IMG/VR virus record: IMGVR_UViG_3300037313_000414
Span: 1-45,927 of that record
Length of the DNA stretch: 45,927 nt
Strand: one strand, 5' to 3'
Source of the DNA: a virus
Taxonomy: Duplodnaviria; Caudoviricetes
A program made the position numbers and the translations under genes. The notes under the pieces were generated by a model. It made no database searches. It saw only the letters and a program-made list of their open reading frames with translations, and was not told the DNA's origin. This document shows positions 1-9,200 of this stretch, piece after piece (within the stretch, counting starts at the first letter, position 1; the number at the start of each line of letters is the position of its first letter).

Positions 1-127
1 CCTGCAGACGCAGAAAGCGAATATCGATCAACTCCTGGCGGATTATGAGAACGCGACGGCAGATGAACAGGTACGGATCGCGGATGAGTTACAGCGTGCC
101 GATCAGCAGTATCAGCTTAGTTTGGCC
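1..127. repeat. Terminal 127-bp exact direct repeat, left copy (circular-assembly overlap)
   Basis: Identical to 45801-45927; an ORF reads through the join. Confidence 0.95.
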
Positions 128-799
128 CAACTTTCCGGTAATATGCCGGATGGAAGCGGACGAACACTCGCAGGTTCTCAGTTTGATTGGCAGACAAGCC
201 CGAACAATCCGAATTATCAAGGTCAGGTACTGAACAACCAAGGACAGGCGATCCAAAATCAGATCAACCAAATCAAACTGTCGAATCTGCCGAATGAGAT
301 CAAACAGCAGGCGGACTTGTTCGCGCAACAGTACGCGAAAGGCGATATCGACCTGCAGACAGCGCAGTTTAACCTCCAGCAGTTGTCGGACCCGAACAGT
401 CCGGTTAACGTGGCGAAGTCGCTGGACAATCAGCTCAAGCAGATGGAAGTGGAGTATATGCCGCAGGAAAACAGGCTCAAGCTCCAGCAGTTGCAGAAGC
501 AGATTGCGGAGATCGGGAAAGCGCCGTATCGGACACCGGAGGAAGTGGCATATGACCAGGTGAAACTGCAGACGGCTCAGGAACAGTTGAAGCAGTTGCA
601 AAATTCGGCGAAAACGACGACCTCAACCGTGGACAACAAGACATCGACCAACAATTACTCTTATTTCAAGAATCAAATTCTCGGTAAGAGTGGGATCACG
701 AAAGATCAAGCCAAAGCGTATGTCCAGGCTAACGCAGGTCAGCTTTCTGACTCGGATTACCGCGATATTATCAAATGGATCGATGAAACCCTCGGATAA
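1..799 (+). CDS. 3' part of Gln-rich internal virion/ejection protein spanning the circular junction (starts 45178; about 473 aa total)
   Basis: Frame of ORF 122..799 is continuous with the ORF from ATG 45178; lies between tailspike and the large virion protein. Confidence 0.7.
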   Translation, partial: LQTQKANIDQLLADYENATADEQVRIADELQRADQQYQLSLAQLSGNMPDGSGRTLAGSQFDWQTSPNNPNYQGQVLNNQGQAIQNQINQIKLSNLPNEIKQQADLFAQQYAKGDIDLQTAQFNLQQLSDPNSPVNVAKSLDNQLKQMEVEYMPQENRLKLQQLQKQIAEIGKAPYRTPEEVAYDQVKLQTAQEQLKQLQNSAKTTTSTVDNKTSTNNYSYFKNQILGKSGITKDQAKAYVQANAGQLSDSDYRDIIKWIDETLG

Positions 800-802
800 G
801 GG

Positions 803-3800
803 GTGAACAATTTGCCGCAGAGTTTAGATGATTTCCTGAAATCGACGCAGACCGGAAGTAACGGGTTGCAAAGTATCGATGATTTTCTAGGTATCCAGCA
901 GGAACCGGACCAACAACCAACCATACCAAGCATGACGCCGTCCGAAATCAAAAATCGGTTCGGCGTTTCTAATTTTGTGGACGTTACGCAGTCCCCACGA
1001 TTCAAGGAGATCGAGCAGACGCCTGTGGTGCATGGTCCACCTGTACCGGATACGAGAAGCGGTGTGGAGCGAACGCTGGACTATATTTTCAAAGAAAACC
1101 CGGTCATGCGCGTTATCAATGCTCCTTTCGCATATGGCGCTCAAAAGGCCGCTGATATGCCGTATTTGGACGGTAAAACAGACGAACTCGGATTCCGCTC
1201 ACTCGGTGAGCGAATGGCGGCTCAGAATCCTGTAGCCTCCACAGGTAACGCGACGATCGATAACATCGCCAAGAAAGCTGGCGACCTGATCGCACCGTTC
1301 TACGGCATGCAGGGGCTTCCGTCGTCGGTTGCATCCATCCCGCTGGCACAGGTTACGGCTAATCGCATTGGCGCTCAAGTCGGCACCGGTTTAGGCGGAA
1401 AGCTTGCGTCCAGCGTGGCTACAGGAGCAATGGAAGGGGCATATCAGGGCTTTGGCGGCGAGTTGGCTACTGACACCAATCCGACTGCCGGAAAGCTGGC
1501 AGAAAGCACGGCATTTGGCGTAGGCGCTGGTGCTGGATTAGGTGTGCTTGGCAAATTGGCAGGCAGTGCGCTCGGTAGTGCCGTTGAACGGTTCAAAGCT
1601 AGAAAAGCGACAGAAGTCGCACCGGAAGTCCAACAGGCCACACAGCGTGTATTTAACGAGTATCGTAAGCCAGCCGGTCCGCAAACGCTCGACGATGTGA
1701 CAAAAGGCATAATGGACGAAGTTAACCAACGCATAACACCTCCTTTGGAGAATCCGAAACTGCTCGATAAGTATCTGCGCCAACACCTGGGCGAGGATAT
1801 CCCGAAAAACGAACTGGACGGCCTATCCTACAACGATAAGGCAGAGTTGGCGCAATACGTCAAGGACAGTCTCGACGTTCATGACGTAGCCTCACAGGTG
1901 GCGAAGGAACGAGGATATAACTGGTCCGACATGGTAGGCGCAAGGACAGAGCCAACACAGTCTGCGAATCATGTGACGCTCGATGAGATTATCGCAAAAG
2001 AACAGCCTGTCACAGAACAACCTGTAACGACTAATACTGTAACTAAACCAGTTACAGAACAACCAGCCATCAAACAGGCGAATCCGACCGTTGATGGTAT
2101 GCGTGAGCGCGGACATTCGCAGACGGTCCGCCTGTCCGACATGACGCCGGAACCGCTGAAAGACGTGTTCTCCGATCCGGAGTTGTACAAAACGCGGTCA
2201 ACCGTCAAACTGCACGAGGACGCACAGAAATACATCGCCAAAAACGGCCTGCAGAACGCCTATGATTTCGTCATGGGCGCCAAGAAAATGACGGACAAGC
2301 ACAACGCCGTGGCTCAAGTCATCGCCAAGCAGTTAGCCAACAGCGGCGATATCTCCCGGGCGATCGATGTGGTGTCCAAAACGGCGAAATCTGGCACCGA
2401 GTTAGGCCGTGCGATTCAGGCGCTGTCATTGTGGAATCGGATGGACACCGAAGGGGCAATTCTCCTTGCTCAGCGTCAGTTAAACAGGGGCAACAAAGGC
2501 GAATATGTTTCGCTCACACCGGAACAGGCGCAGCCAATCGTTGCGGCAACGGAGAAAATCCGTCAAGTGGAGCAGACGAAGAGTCTTGCAGAGGAAGTCA
2601 TGGACATTGTGGCGAATAAGCCTGCCGGCGAGAAGTTGACGGATGCAGAAGTCGCAAAGATCAAGGAGTTTCAGAAACAGGTAAGCGAGATCGATGGGAA
2701 AGTGAAGAAGTTCCTGCCGGAGGAAAAAGCCGCGAAGCCGCGAAAAGTGGTGCAGGAAATCGATAAGGTTAAACCGGAGGAACGCACCCGGGACCAAATC
2801 GTGAGTTATTGGGATGCCCGGGCCGAAATTGCGCGTCAGAAGCTGGCGAAACAGCGGAACGTGGGCATTATCGCGAACACGGAGAACCCTGTTCTGCTCT
2901 ACGCCGAGCTCGGCGTGGCAAAACTGGTCAAAGGCGCTGTGAAACTGGCAGATTTCACCGAGCAGATGGTGCGGGAATACGGGGAATCGGTGAAATCGAA
3001 TATTCATCAGGTATACAACAAATCCGTTGACTTGTTCCGTAAGTCGCAGGGTCTGCCGACGAACGATGATTTGACCAAACTCGTGAACAAGGCTGTTAAA
3101 GACCGAAAACTGGACGAATTAGAAGCATCCAGACTCCAGGCATGGGCAAAGGATATCGCATTTTACACAGACGATAATCTGCGCACAGAGGCTGTGCAAG
3201 ACCTCCAGTTAGCTTTAAAAGCGATTGGAGACTCCACACTAGGTCAGAAGATTTCGACGCTCCAGACAGGCGCACAGTTGCTGAATGCGGTGACGATTGA
3301 GCGCAACGTCATCGGCAACGTGGCTTCCCTCGTCGCCGAGAAAGTAAACAAGGTCGTTGCGGTCCCGATTGACTGGACATTTTCCAGACTAACCGGCGAA
3401 CGCACGGTCAAGTTTAATCCGCTGAATCAAGAGTCGATGTGGCGTAACTACATGATCGGCACAAAATCCGGGTGGAAAGGCGTCAGTCCGAATGGGATGC
3501 TCAATAGCTACGATATTCGACCGGAGGTTTTCGGCAATAAAAATCCATTGAAGTACATCACGAAATCGCTAGGAGCAACGATGCAGGGATTCGACCATGC
3601 GTTTTACCGATCGGCCTATGGCGATGTACTTGCAACCTATGCAGAACAACTCGGCAAGTCGCAGGGACTGACGAGAGCGCAGATTAAAGCGCAGATGCCG
3701 GACCTATTGAAACAACTCGATCAGTCCATCTATGACCTTGCAGACGAGGCAGGACGTTATGCGACATACCAGGACGACACACTGCTGTCACATGGTGCGG

Positions 3801-5116
3801 AAATGCTCAAGCGTGGACTGAACAAGCTGACGGATAAGCCGGTCAGTATGATCGTTGATAAGGGTCTGTTGCCTAAATCACTCTCGACGGAAGGATTCGG
3901 CCTAGGCGATATCGTGCTGAAATATGCCAAGACTCCGGCTAACCTTATCATGCGCGGGATTGATTACTCTCCGATCGGCATTTTACGCGGGATGATGGAG
4001 CTTGCACCACTTGTATTGAGACGAGGCACGTTCGATCAGTACGAGGCCACACGTGCGCTTTCCCGGGCGATAACCGGCACACTTGGATTAACGGGTGTCG
4101 GATATCTGCTGGCTGATGCCGGTATCTTAACCGGATCGTCAAGCATGGACAAGGATATGCGGTCGATTCAGGAGCAGTCCGGGCAGGGTGCATATAAAGT
4201 CAACTGGTCCGCATTAGGCCGATACCTGACGAACGGATTCGATAAGAATGCCGCCAAATTCCAACCCGGGGATCACGTGATGGATTACGCTTGGTTACAG
4301 CCTGCCGCGATTTCTGTAGCGATGGGGGTTAACGCGAATAAGGCCGTCAAGGAAAGGAAAGACGGATACGCGACCGGCTGGAAGGTGGCAGAAAAGGCGT
4401 TGCTCGGCGGGCTTGCTTCTGTACTGGAGAATCCGATGGTACAGGGGATTTCTAACGTGATCGACGCCGGAACCGACATCATCAAGAAGAACGATGCCAC
4501 GAAAGCGAAAGGACTGATTAAGGGCGTACCGGCTTCGTTCGTACCTACACTTCTGAATCAGGCACGTACTGCTACCGATAACCAACAGCGTGAGACGTAC
4601 AGCAAGGACCTGTTGACAGAAATGGGCAATCTAATCAAAAATAAGTTACCCGGGCTATCCAAAACGTTGCCGGTATCCAATGATTCACTGGGCAATCCGC
4701 GTGAACGCATCCAAGGCGGTCAGGAAAACACGGTCCGGCAGTACCTTACATCTTTTTTCAGCCCGGCGAAGCTCACGGAGTATGAGGTGTCGGACGAGGC
4801 GAAAATGGTGCTCGACCTGATGAACGACAGTAACGATCAAACGATTCTGCCGCGTATCGTAGACAAGTATCTGTACGTCGATGATCCGATAACGAAGAAG
4901 CAGAAGAAGATCGACCTGAACGCGGAACAATTCTCGAAACTGCAGCAGAAAGTCGGGAAGGAGGTAACGCGAAAACTCCAACTCAGCGCGAATTACCTGT
5001 CGAACCCAAGTATCCGAACTGATGTGAAAGTAAAGCGTGTGAAAGATATCTTAAGCGAAGTGGGGGCGAAAGCAAGGAATGACCTCCGGGCCGAAATGGG
5101 GTACAAGAGGAAATAA
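803..5116 (+). CDS. Very large internal virion/DNA ejection protein (1437 aa); C-terminus resembles LPD38-type large polyvalent proteins
   Basis: Gly/Ala-rich hydrophobic segments, helical body, podovirus ejection-gene position just before lysis genes. Confidence 0.65.
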   Translation: MNNLPQSLDDFLKSTQTGSNGLQSIDDFLGIQQEPDQQPTIPSMTPSEIKNRFGVSNFVDVTQSPRFKEIEQTPVVHGPPVPDTRSGVERTLDYIFKENPVMRVINAPFAYGAQKAADMPYLDGKTDELGFRSLGERMAAQNPVASTGNATIDNIAKKAGDLIAPFYGMQGLPSSVASIPLAQVTANRIGAQVGTGLGGKLASSVATGAMEGAYQGFGGELATDTNPTAGKLAESTAFGVGAGAGLGVLGKLAGSALGSAVERFKARKATEVAPEVQQATQRVFNEYRKPAGPQTLDDVTKGIMDEVNQRITPPLENPKLLDKYLRQHLGEDIPKNELDGLSYNDKAELAQYVKDSLDVHDVASQVAKERGYNWSDMVGARTEPTQSANHVTLDEIIAKEQPVTEQPVTTNTVTKPVTEQPAIKQANPTVDGMRERGHSQTVRLSDMTPEPLKDVFSDPELYKTRSTVKLHEDAQKYIAKNGLQNAYDFVMGAKKMTDKHNAVAQVIAKQLANSGDISRAIDVVSKTAKSGTELGRAIQALSLWNRMDTEGAILLAQRQLNRGNKGEYVSLTPEQAQPIVAATEKIRQVEQTKSLAEEVMDIVANKPAGEKLTDAEVAKIKEFQKQVSEIDGKVKKFLPEEKAAKPRKVVQEIDKVKPEERTRDQIVSYWDARAEIARQKLAKQRNVGIIANTENPVLLYAELGVAKLVKGAVKLADFTEQMVREYGESVKSNIHQVYNKSVDLFRKSQGLPTNDDLTKLVNKAVKDRKLDELEASRLQAWAKDIAFYTDDNLRTEAVQDLQLALKAIGDSTLGQKISTLQTGAQLLNAVTIERNVIGNVASLVAEKVNKVVAVPIDWTFSRLTGERTVKFNPLNQESMWRNYMIGTKSGWKGVSPNGMLNSYDIRPEVFGNKNPLKYITKSLGATMQGFDHAFYRSAYGDVLATYAEQLGKSQGLTRAQIKAQMPDLLKQLDQSIYDLADEAGRYATYQDDTLLSHGAEMLKRGLNKLTDKPVSMIVDKGLLPKSLSTEGFGLGDIVLKYAKTPANLIMRGIDYSPIGILRGMMELAPLVLRRGTFDQYEATRALSRAITGTLGLTGVGYLLADAGILTGSSSMDKDMRSIQEQSGQGAYKVNWSALGRYLTNGFDKNAAKFQPGDHVMDYAWLQPAAISVAMGVNANKAVKERKDGYATGWKVAEKALLGGLASVLENPMVQGISNVIDAGTDIIKKNDATKAKGLIKGVPASFVPTLLNQARTATDNQQRETYSKDLLTEMGNLIKNKLPGLSKTLPVSNDSLGNPRERIQGGQENTVRQYLTSFFSPAKLTEYEVSDEAKMVLDLMNDSNDQTILPRIVDKYLYVDDPITKKQKKIDLNAEQFSKLQQKVGKEVTRKLQLSANYLSNPSIRTDVKVKRVKDILSEVGAKARNDLRAEMGYKRK

Positions 5117-5234
5117 ACTTCAAAAGGGCAAGCCGCAACTGACGTATGAGTTAATCGTCTTGATTTTGGTCGTCATTGCGATCATTTACTGGGTTGTTAA
5201 CGGTTCAGGTGCTGAAAATAACGGATTCGAGTAG
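5079..5234 (+). CDS. Possible small membrane peptide
   Basis: Manual translation contains LIVLILVVIAIIYWVV; start uncertain and overlaps upstream gene. Confidence 0.3.
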   Translation: MTSGPKWGTRGNKLQKGKPQLTYELIVLILVVIAIIYWVVNGSGAENNGFE

Positions 5235-5262
5235 AGTCGCCAAACGGCGGCTCTTTTCTTTT
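5233..5262 (+). terminator. Rho-independent terminator
   Basis: agagtcgcc-aaac-ggcggctct followed by tttctttt. Confidence 0.75.
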
Positions 5263-5283
5263 ACCTGGAAAGGAGGGTTACCC

Positions 5284-5433
5284 ATGATTCAATGCGAGAT
5301 CCCGGTTTGCTCCGTTGACGGAAAGCCTGCCGATCAAAGTCGTATCTACCGCCTGGTGAAACGCTTATGCGGAAAGAAGGTTGCCGACCGGCTGACATAT
5401 GAAGTCACGGTACCAAAAGATGATGAACCATGA
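5284..5433 (+). CDS. Small hypothetical protein (49 aa)
   Basis: RBS aaggaggg, ATG 5284, ATGA coupling to next gene. Confidence 0.6.
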   Translation: MIQCEIPVCSVDGKPADQSRIYRLVKRLCGKKVADRLTYEVTVPKDDEP

Positions 5434-6182
5434 CCATCGATTGGATCGCAGAACATTGGGAAGTTTGTTCGGTAATCGGCGCACTCATTCTGCGCGAGCT
5501 GACCAAGAACATGGCCAAGACTATGGCGAAGCAGACCGCCGAGAAAATGATCGAGCATTTCCTTTCGCCGCAGGAACGCATGATCCGCGATATCAAACGC
5601 AACATGCAGATTATGATGGATCACATGGGCATAGAGGGACAATGGAGTGGAGACGGTCCGATATTCGGGCACAAGGCTCGTCGGAGCTTAATGCGATTGT
5701 TGACTGGATTCTCGCGGGTGATTTTACGCAGGACATTACGATGGAGGAGGAGAAAGAGGATGCAGGTCAAGTACAATAAATTCTGGGTCGCCGGGGCCAT
5801 AACCTTCGCGATATCAACCGTAGTCAAAGCATACGGGCCTAGATGGGGCATACAGCCTCATGAGGGATGGGAGGCATCTATCTATCCCCATGTGTTGGAC
5901 GCGGTTCAGTACGGCTCCGTGGCGTTCGTAGCGTGGATTAATAAGCACCATATATTTAAAAATCCCGTCACGATCCAGGAACAGTCCGCACCAACGCCGC
6001 GCAATTATACCGATATGGTCCCGGTCATGAACGAAGTCCATAAAGGCGTGAACAAACTGTACGAGGATTTGAAAACGGGCAAGGTCAACGAATCTACGCA
6101 GGATGCGATTAACGCCTACCTGAGAATCCAGGCAATCCTCAAAGAAAAAGGTGAGCAGGATGCAGGCACGAAAGCCGGGTAA
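5430..6182 (+). CDS. Holin-like membrane protein(s); internal in-frame start at 5760
   Basis: Hydrophobic segments; directly upstream of endolysin; GGAGGAGG before ATG 5760. Confidence 0.55.
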   Translation: MTIDWIAEHWEVCSVIGALILRELTKNMAKTMAKQTAEKMIEHFLSPQERMIRDIKRNMQIMMDHMGIEGQWSGDGPIFGHKARRSLMRLLTGFSRVILRRTLRWRRRKRMQVKYNKFWVAGAITFAISTVVKAYGPRWGIQPHEGWEASIYPHVLDAVQYGSVAFVAWINKHHIFKNPVTIQEQSAPTPRNYTDMVPVMNEVHKGVNKLYEDLKTGKVNESTQDAINAYLRIQAILKEKGEQDAGTKAG

Positions 6183-6927
6183 CGCAATCGGGGTTGACGT
6201 ATCGCATTGGCAGGGCAAAATCGATTGGCTCAAGGTACGAGATGCCGGTTACTCGTTCGCCATCTGCAAAGCAACCGAAGGAAGCACAATGCCGGATGAC
6301 ACGTTTACCGCTAATATAACGGGCGCTAAGGCGGCGGGAATGGCGGTAGGGGCATATCACTTCTGCCGCGCTTCAAACGTATCAGAAGCCGTGAGAGAGG
6401 CCGAATATTTCATGTCTGTCGTGGATAGTGTCGGCGGAATGGACGCGCTTGATATCCCGCCTATCCTCGACATTGAGACGGTACACGCGAATACACGGCA
6501 GGCGATTACAGCGATCTGTCATGCGTGGTTGGAGACTGTGGAGAAGCGGTACAAAGTGAAGCCGATGATCTACTCGTTCCCGTTCTTCATCGACTCCTAT
6601 CTCGATCCGTCCTTGTCGGCTTATCCGCTCTATTTCGCCAATTACAGCGGCACGGTTCTTCCGGATCGGAACGGATGGAGCGAGTGGACGTTTCTGCAAT
6701 ACTCGGACAGAGGGACAGTACCGGGGATAGCAGGGCCGGTCGATCTGAATGAATATAACGGGACGGAGGATGATCTGATGGGATATAAATTGAGTGCAGA
6801 AGATGCCAATTACATCATCGAACGATGGCTGGCGAAGGAGTACGAACATGCATCTGATGCTGACCAGGAACGGCGTCATAGGCTGGCGAATGAGCTCAGG
6901 AAAGCAAGTGGACAACCGGAGCAGTAA
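6160..6927 (+). CDS. Endolysin, glycoside hydrolase family 25 muramidase
   Basis: GVDVSHWQG, KATEG, GAYHF, LDIE, LQYS..G.VPGI.G.VDLN motifs. Confidence 0.93.
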   Translation: MQARKPGNAIGVDVSHWQGKIDWLKVRDAGYSFAICKATEGSTMPDDTFTANITGAKAAGMAVGAYHFCRASNVSEAVREAEYFMSVVDSVGGMDALDIPPILDIETVHANTRQAITAICHAWLETVEKRYKVKPMIYSFPFFIDSYLDPSLSAYPLYFANYSGTVLPDRNGWSEWTFLQYSDRGTVPGIAGPVDLNEYNGTEDDLMGYKLSAEDANYIIERWLAKEYEHASDADQERRHRLANELRKASGQPEQ

Positions 6928-6928
6928 C

Positions 6929-6968
6929 AAAAAAAGCCCCTGTCTGCTCAGATGGGGGCTATCTTTAA
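6929..6968. terminator. Probable bidirectional terminator between lysin and convergent genes
   Basis: A-tract, then agcccc...ggggct hairpin, then T-rich tail. Confidence 0.6.
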
Positions 6969-7172
6969 CTTTTCGCCTGTGACTGGATCATGCGGCCAAT
7001 CTCCTTTTGTGAAGTATGCTGGATATAGGATTCGTTCCGCATCAGCAGGAAGGTACGTACCGTCATCGAATCCGATATGTGGCTTCATATCCCAACCAAG
7101 CACAACGCCTACGATCTTATGTTTGTCCTTCTGCTTCTGTTGCTTCTTTCGTTTAAACGGCCACACTTTCAT
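6948..7172 (-). CDS. Hypothetical protein (74 aa)
   Basis: ORF with RBS aaggag. Confidence 0.65.
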   Translation of the reverse strand: MKVWPFKRKKQQKQKDKHKIVGVVLGWDMKPHIGFDDGTYLPADAERILYPAYFTKGDWPHDPVTGEKLKIAPI

Positions 7173-7222
7173 TCACTCCTTTCATCGGTCTATTCGATAG
7201 GCCGGGGCTAAATTATCTTATT

Positions 7223-7265
7223 ATACGGCTCGCGTTCATTCGGTCGCATCGTCGCCCTTCGGCCT
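7223..7265 (-). repeat. Dispersed boundary site (GNA hairpin-core-GGCCG family)
   Basis: Minus strand aggccgaagggc-gacgatgcgaccgaat-gaacgcg-agccgtat; overlaps stop of 7236..7466. Confidence 0.75.
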
Positions 7266-7466
7266 ACTCATCCACTTTAGCGGATAATCCCCACCGTCAG
7301 GGTCCCTAAGTCCTCCACGATATTCCTCGCAATCTTCCTTTAGTACATATCGGCTCTCATCGACATAGTAACAGTCCGATCGTTCGCTGTAGACCTCGAA
7401 TACTTTCCCCTTCTGATTGGCATACCACGCATCCGGTTCGTCACACTTGGTTATGACGATTCTCAT
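7236..7466 (-). CDS. Hypothetical protein (76 aa)
   Basis: ORF with RBS aaggag. Confidence 0.65.
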   Translation of the reverse strand: MRIVITKCDEPDAWYANQKGKVFEVYSERSDCYYVDESRYVLKEDCEEYRGGLRDPDGGDYPLKWMSRPKGDDATE

Positions 7467-7472
7467 AATCGT

Positions 7473-7913
7473 TCACTCCTTATACATCGATATGTAATCC
7501 CCATTCTCACACTTTCCCTCGACCACAATTCCGCCGCACTTCGGACAATACTCCTGCTTCTCCATCTCTGGCAGACTGTCGATAATCCCCTGTAACACCG
7601 TTTCCGCTTTCATCTGCGCCATATTCGCATTGAGTACGATCTGATGGCTGTAACCCCGTACCATCGAATCAAAAATGCCTTTCCCGGTGTTTTCTACTTT
7701 GATTCCCCGGTCCCGCATCTGTCGTCTGAGCTGATATAGTTGTTCCTCGATCTTTTGATCGATTGTATTTTCCCATACTGAGCCGATTAGCGGCCATATG
7801 TCTCCGGTTGTTCTGATCTTCTCCATATCTTGTTTATTGTAGGCTTTTGCGTAGAGTAGGGATATGTATTGATCGATTATTGTTCGATCGGTGTCGTCTA
7901 TTTCTGGACGCAT
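7473..7913 (-). CDS. Hypothetical protein, loosely YhjD-like, with C-terminal CxxC motif
   Basis: RBS aaggag; LRRQMRDRGIKV..RGY pattern recalled for YhjD-like proteins. Confidence 0.55.
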   Translation of the reverse strand: MRPEIDDTDRTIIDQYISLLYAKAYNKQDMEKIRTTGDIWPLIGSVWENTIDQKIEEQLYQLRRQMRDRGIKVENTGKGIFDSMVRGYSHQIVLNANMAQMKAETVLQGIIDSLPEMEKQEYCPKCGGIVVEGKCENGDYISMYKE

Positions 7914-7925
7914 GATATTCTCCTT

Positions 7926-7967
7926 ATTCGGCCTGGGTGGTTCGGTCGAAACGAAGGCCTTCGGCCT
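7926..7967 (-). repeat. Dispersed boundary site
   Basis: Minus strand aggccgaaggcct-tcgtttcgaccgaac-caccca-ggccgaat. Confidence 0.85.
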
Positions 7968-8010
7968 GACTTGATCTTTAACTCTTTAATATATTAATCG
8001 TGCGTCGTAG

Positions 8011-8301
8011 TCAGTTCGCACACTTCACATTATAAAATTTTTCTTTATAACCTTTTCTTTCTGACCAATCCTCTCTTGAGTTGCTTAGTTTAATTTCCTC
8101 GACCTCATACAGGTCTCTAATATCACAACCAATAGTGTCTGCTATTGACAAGGCGTTATCAAAAGTCATATGTCTCCTATTCGTGCAAAAGAAAGATATT
8201 TCCCGCCGATCAAGTCCTGTTTTTAGGGCAAGTTCGGATTGCTTCATCCCGACCTCTCGAAGCCTGTCTTTTAAAAGACATTTTACGATCTGGTACTTCA
8301 T
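8011..8301 (-). CDS. XRE-family HTH regulator
   Basis: LKDRLREVGMKQSELALKTGL..ISFF..N HTH pattern; paralog of 11389..11622. Confidence 0.85.
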   Translation of the reverse strand: MKYQIVKCLLKDRLREVGMKQSELALKTGLDRREISFFCTNRRHMTFDNALSIADTIGCDIRDLYEVEEIKLSNSREDWSERKGYKEKFYNVKCAN

Positions 8302-8323
8302 TCCATATCCTCCTTCGTTATTT

Positions 8324-8355
8324 CATCGTATCGACCGAATATGCGAGGGCCGTAT
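8324..8355 (+). repeat. Dispersed boundary site
   Basis: catcgtatcgaccgaat-atgcgag-ggccgtat. Confidence 0.85.
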
Positions 8356-8360
8356 CGGGG

Positions 8361-8564
8361 TTATCCTTCTTTCTGTATTTGCTCTAAAGCTTCTTTTATG
8401 AACATGTATCCATCCAGATTATAAGCTTTCTTTAATGCTTCTTCTGCAATTTGAATACGAGAGAGTAACTTCTTATGTTCTTCCACATCATGATTCCAAC
8501 TGGATAATGGTACGATCACATAATCGTCACCTAATATCTTACGTGCTTCTTCTATTCGACTCAT
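8361..8564 (-). CDS. Hypothetical protein (67 aa)
   Basis: RBS aggagg, ATG 8564. Confidence 0.7.
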   Translation of the reverse strand: MSRIEEARKILGDDYVIVPLSSWNHDVEEHKKLLSRIQIAEEALKKAYNLDGYMFIKEALEQIQKEG

Positions 8565-8588
8565 TAAGGGAATACCTCCTAAATGATG

Positions 8589-8632
8589 ATACGGCCTCCG
8601 CCTGCGGCTAAGTGTTTTCGGTCGACTCGATG
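8589..8632 (-). repeat. Dispersed boundary site
   Basis: Minus strand catcgagtcgaccgaaa-acacttagccgcaggcgga-ggccgtat. Confidence 0.85.
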
Positions 8633-8943
8633 ACACTTCGTTTTTTCAATTTTTCTTGGACCTTTTTAAACATATCAGCTGAAATAATTGGATCTGACTC
8701 TTCCTTCACTTTCTTTTGATTCCAGAATTCCGGCCAGGGTTTATTTACGTTTTCCAATCCTGCCCGGACCTTTAATCGCTCCCAATAGGCATTCATTACT
8801 AAAAAAGCTTGATCATCTAAATCGATGTTGTATTTTATAAGACGATTAGCGAATCGAAATACACGACGCACCATATCTGCTTCTCGCTCGTTAATGACCA
8901 ACTTTCCATCGATGTAATCGTAGCCCCACATGTTTCGTTTCAT
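8608..8943 (-). CDS. Stand-alone serine-recombinase 'recombinase domain'-like protein with no catalytic domain (111 aa)
   Basis: GYDYIDGKLVINEREADMVRRVF and PIISADMFKKVQEKL mirror integrase segments YGYDTVDEKFVINEEEAENVRMIV and PAIIDRETWEEIQ. Confidence 0.7.
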   Translation of the reverse strand: MKRNMWGYDYIDGKLVINEREADMVRRVFRFANRLIKYNIDLDDQAFLVMNAYWERLKVRAGLENVNKPWPEFWNQKKVKEESDPIISADMFKKVQEKLKKRSVIESTENT

Positions 8944-9092
8944 CTTTGTCCCTCCTTCTCTTTCATCTTCTCCATCCAATAGGCTAACGTTTCCTCCGAG
9001 AATGTACCGTGGGGCAGACGTTCGAGATATTCCCACAATTTGCGTTTAACCGGATCGTCCATATTAAATTTTATCGTCTTGTTGCGGATCAT
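8940..9092 (-). CDS. Small protein (50 aa) next to putative attP; candidate recombination directionality factor
   Basis: Manual translation MIRNKTIKFNMDDPVKRKLWEYLERLP...; RBS aaaggagg; ATGA overlap with next gene; function inferred from position only. Confidence 0.55.
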   Translation of the reverse strand: MIRNKTIKFNMDDPVKRKLWEYLERLPHGTFSEETLAYWMEKMKEKEGQR

Positions 9093-9143
9093 GGTAAACC
9101 TCCTTTACCTGATTATACTATGGTTTTGACTATATGACTACAA

Positions 9144-9199
9144 TTGGGTATAGGTAACGGATGGTTACGAGACCCAATCCATCTGTAACCTATACCTAA
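9144..9199. other. Putative attP site
   Basis: 56-bp imperfect inverted repeat (18 of the outer 21 positions pair), centre GA at 9171-9172, immediately after the integrase stop. Confidence 0.7.
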
Positions 9200-9200
9200 A

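Noticed and set aside
1-127. Terminal repeat as a biological direct terminal repeat
   Set aside because: 127 bp equals a common assembler k-mer overlap and falls mid-gene; treated as an assembly artefact of circularity.
7183-7207. Possible extra degenerate site (catcggtctattcgataggccgggg)
   Set aside because: Only the ends resemble the consensus and the TCGACCGAA core is absent; not counted.
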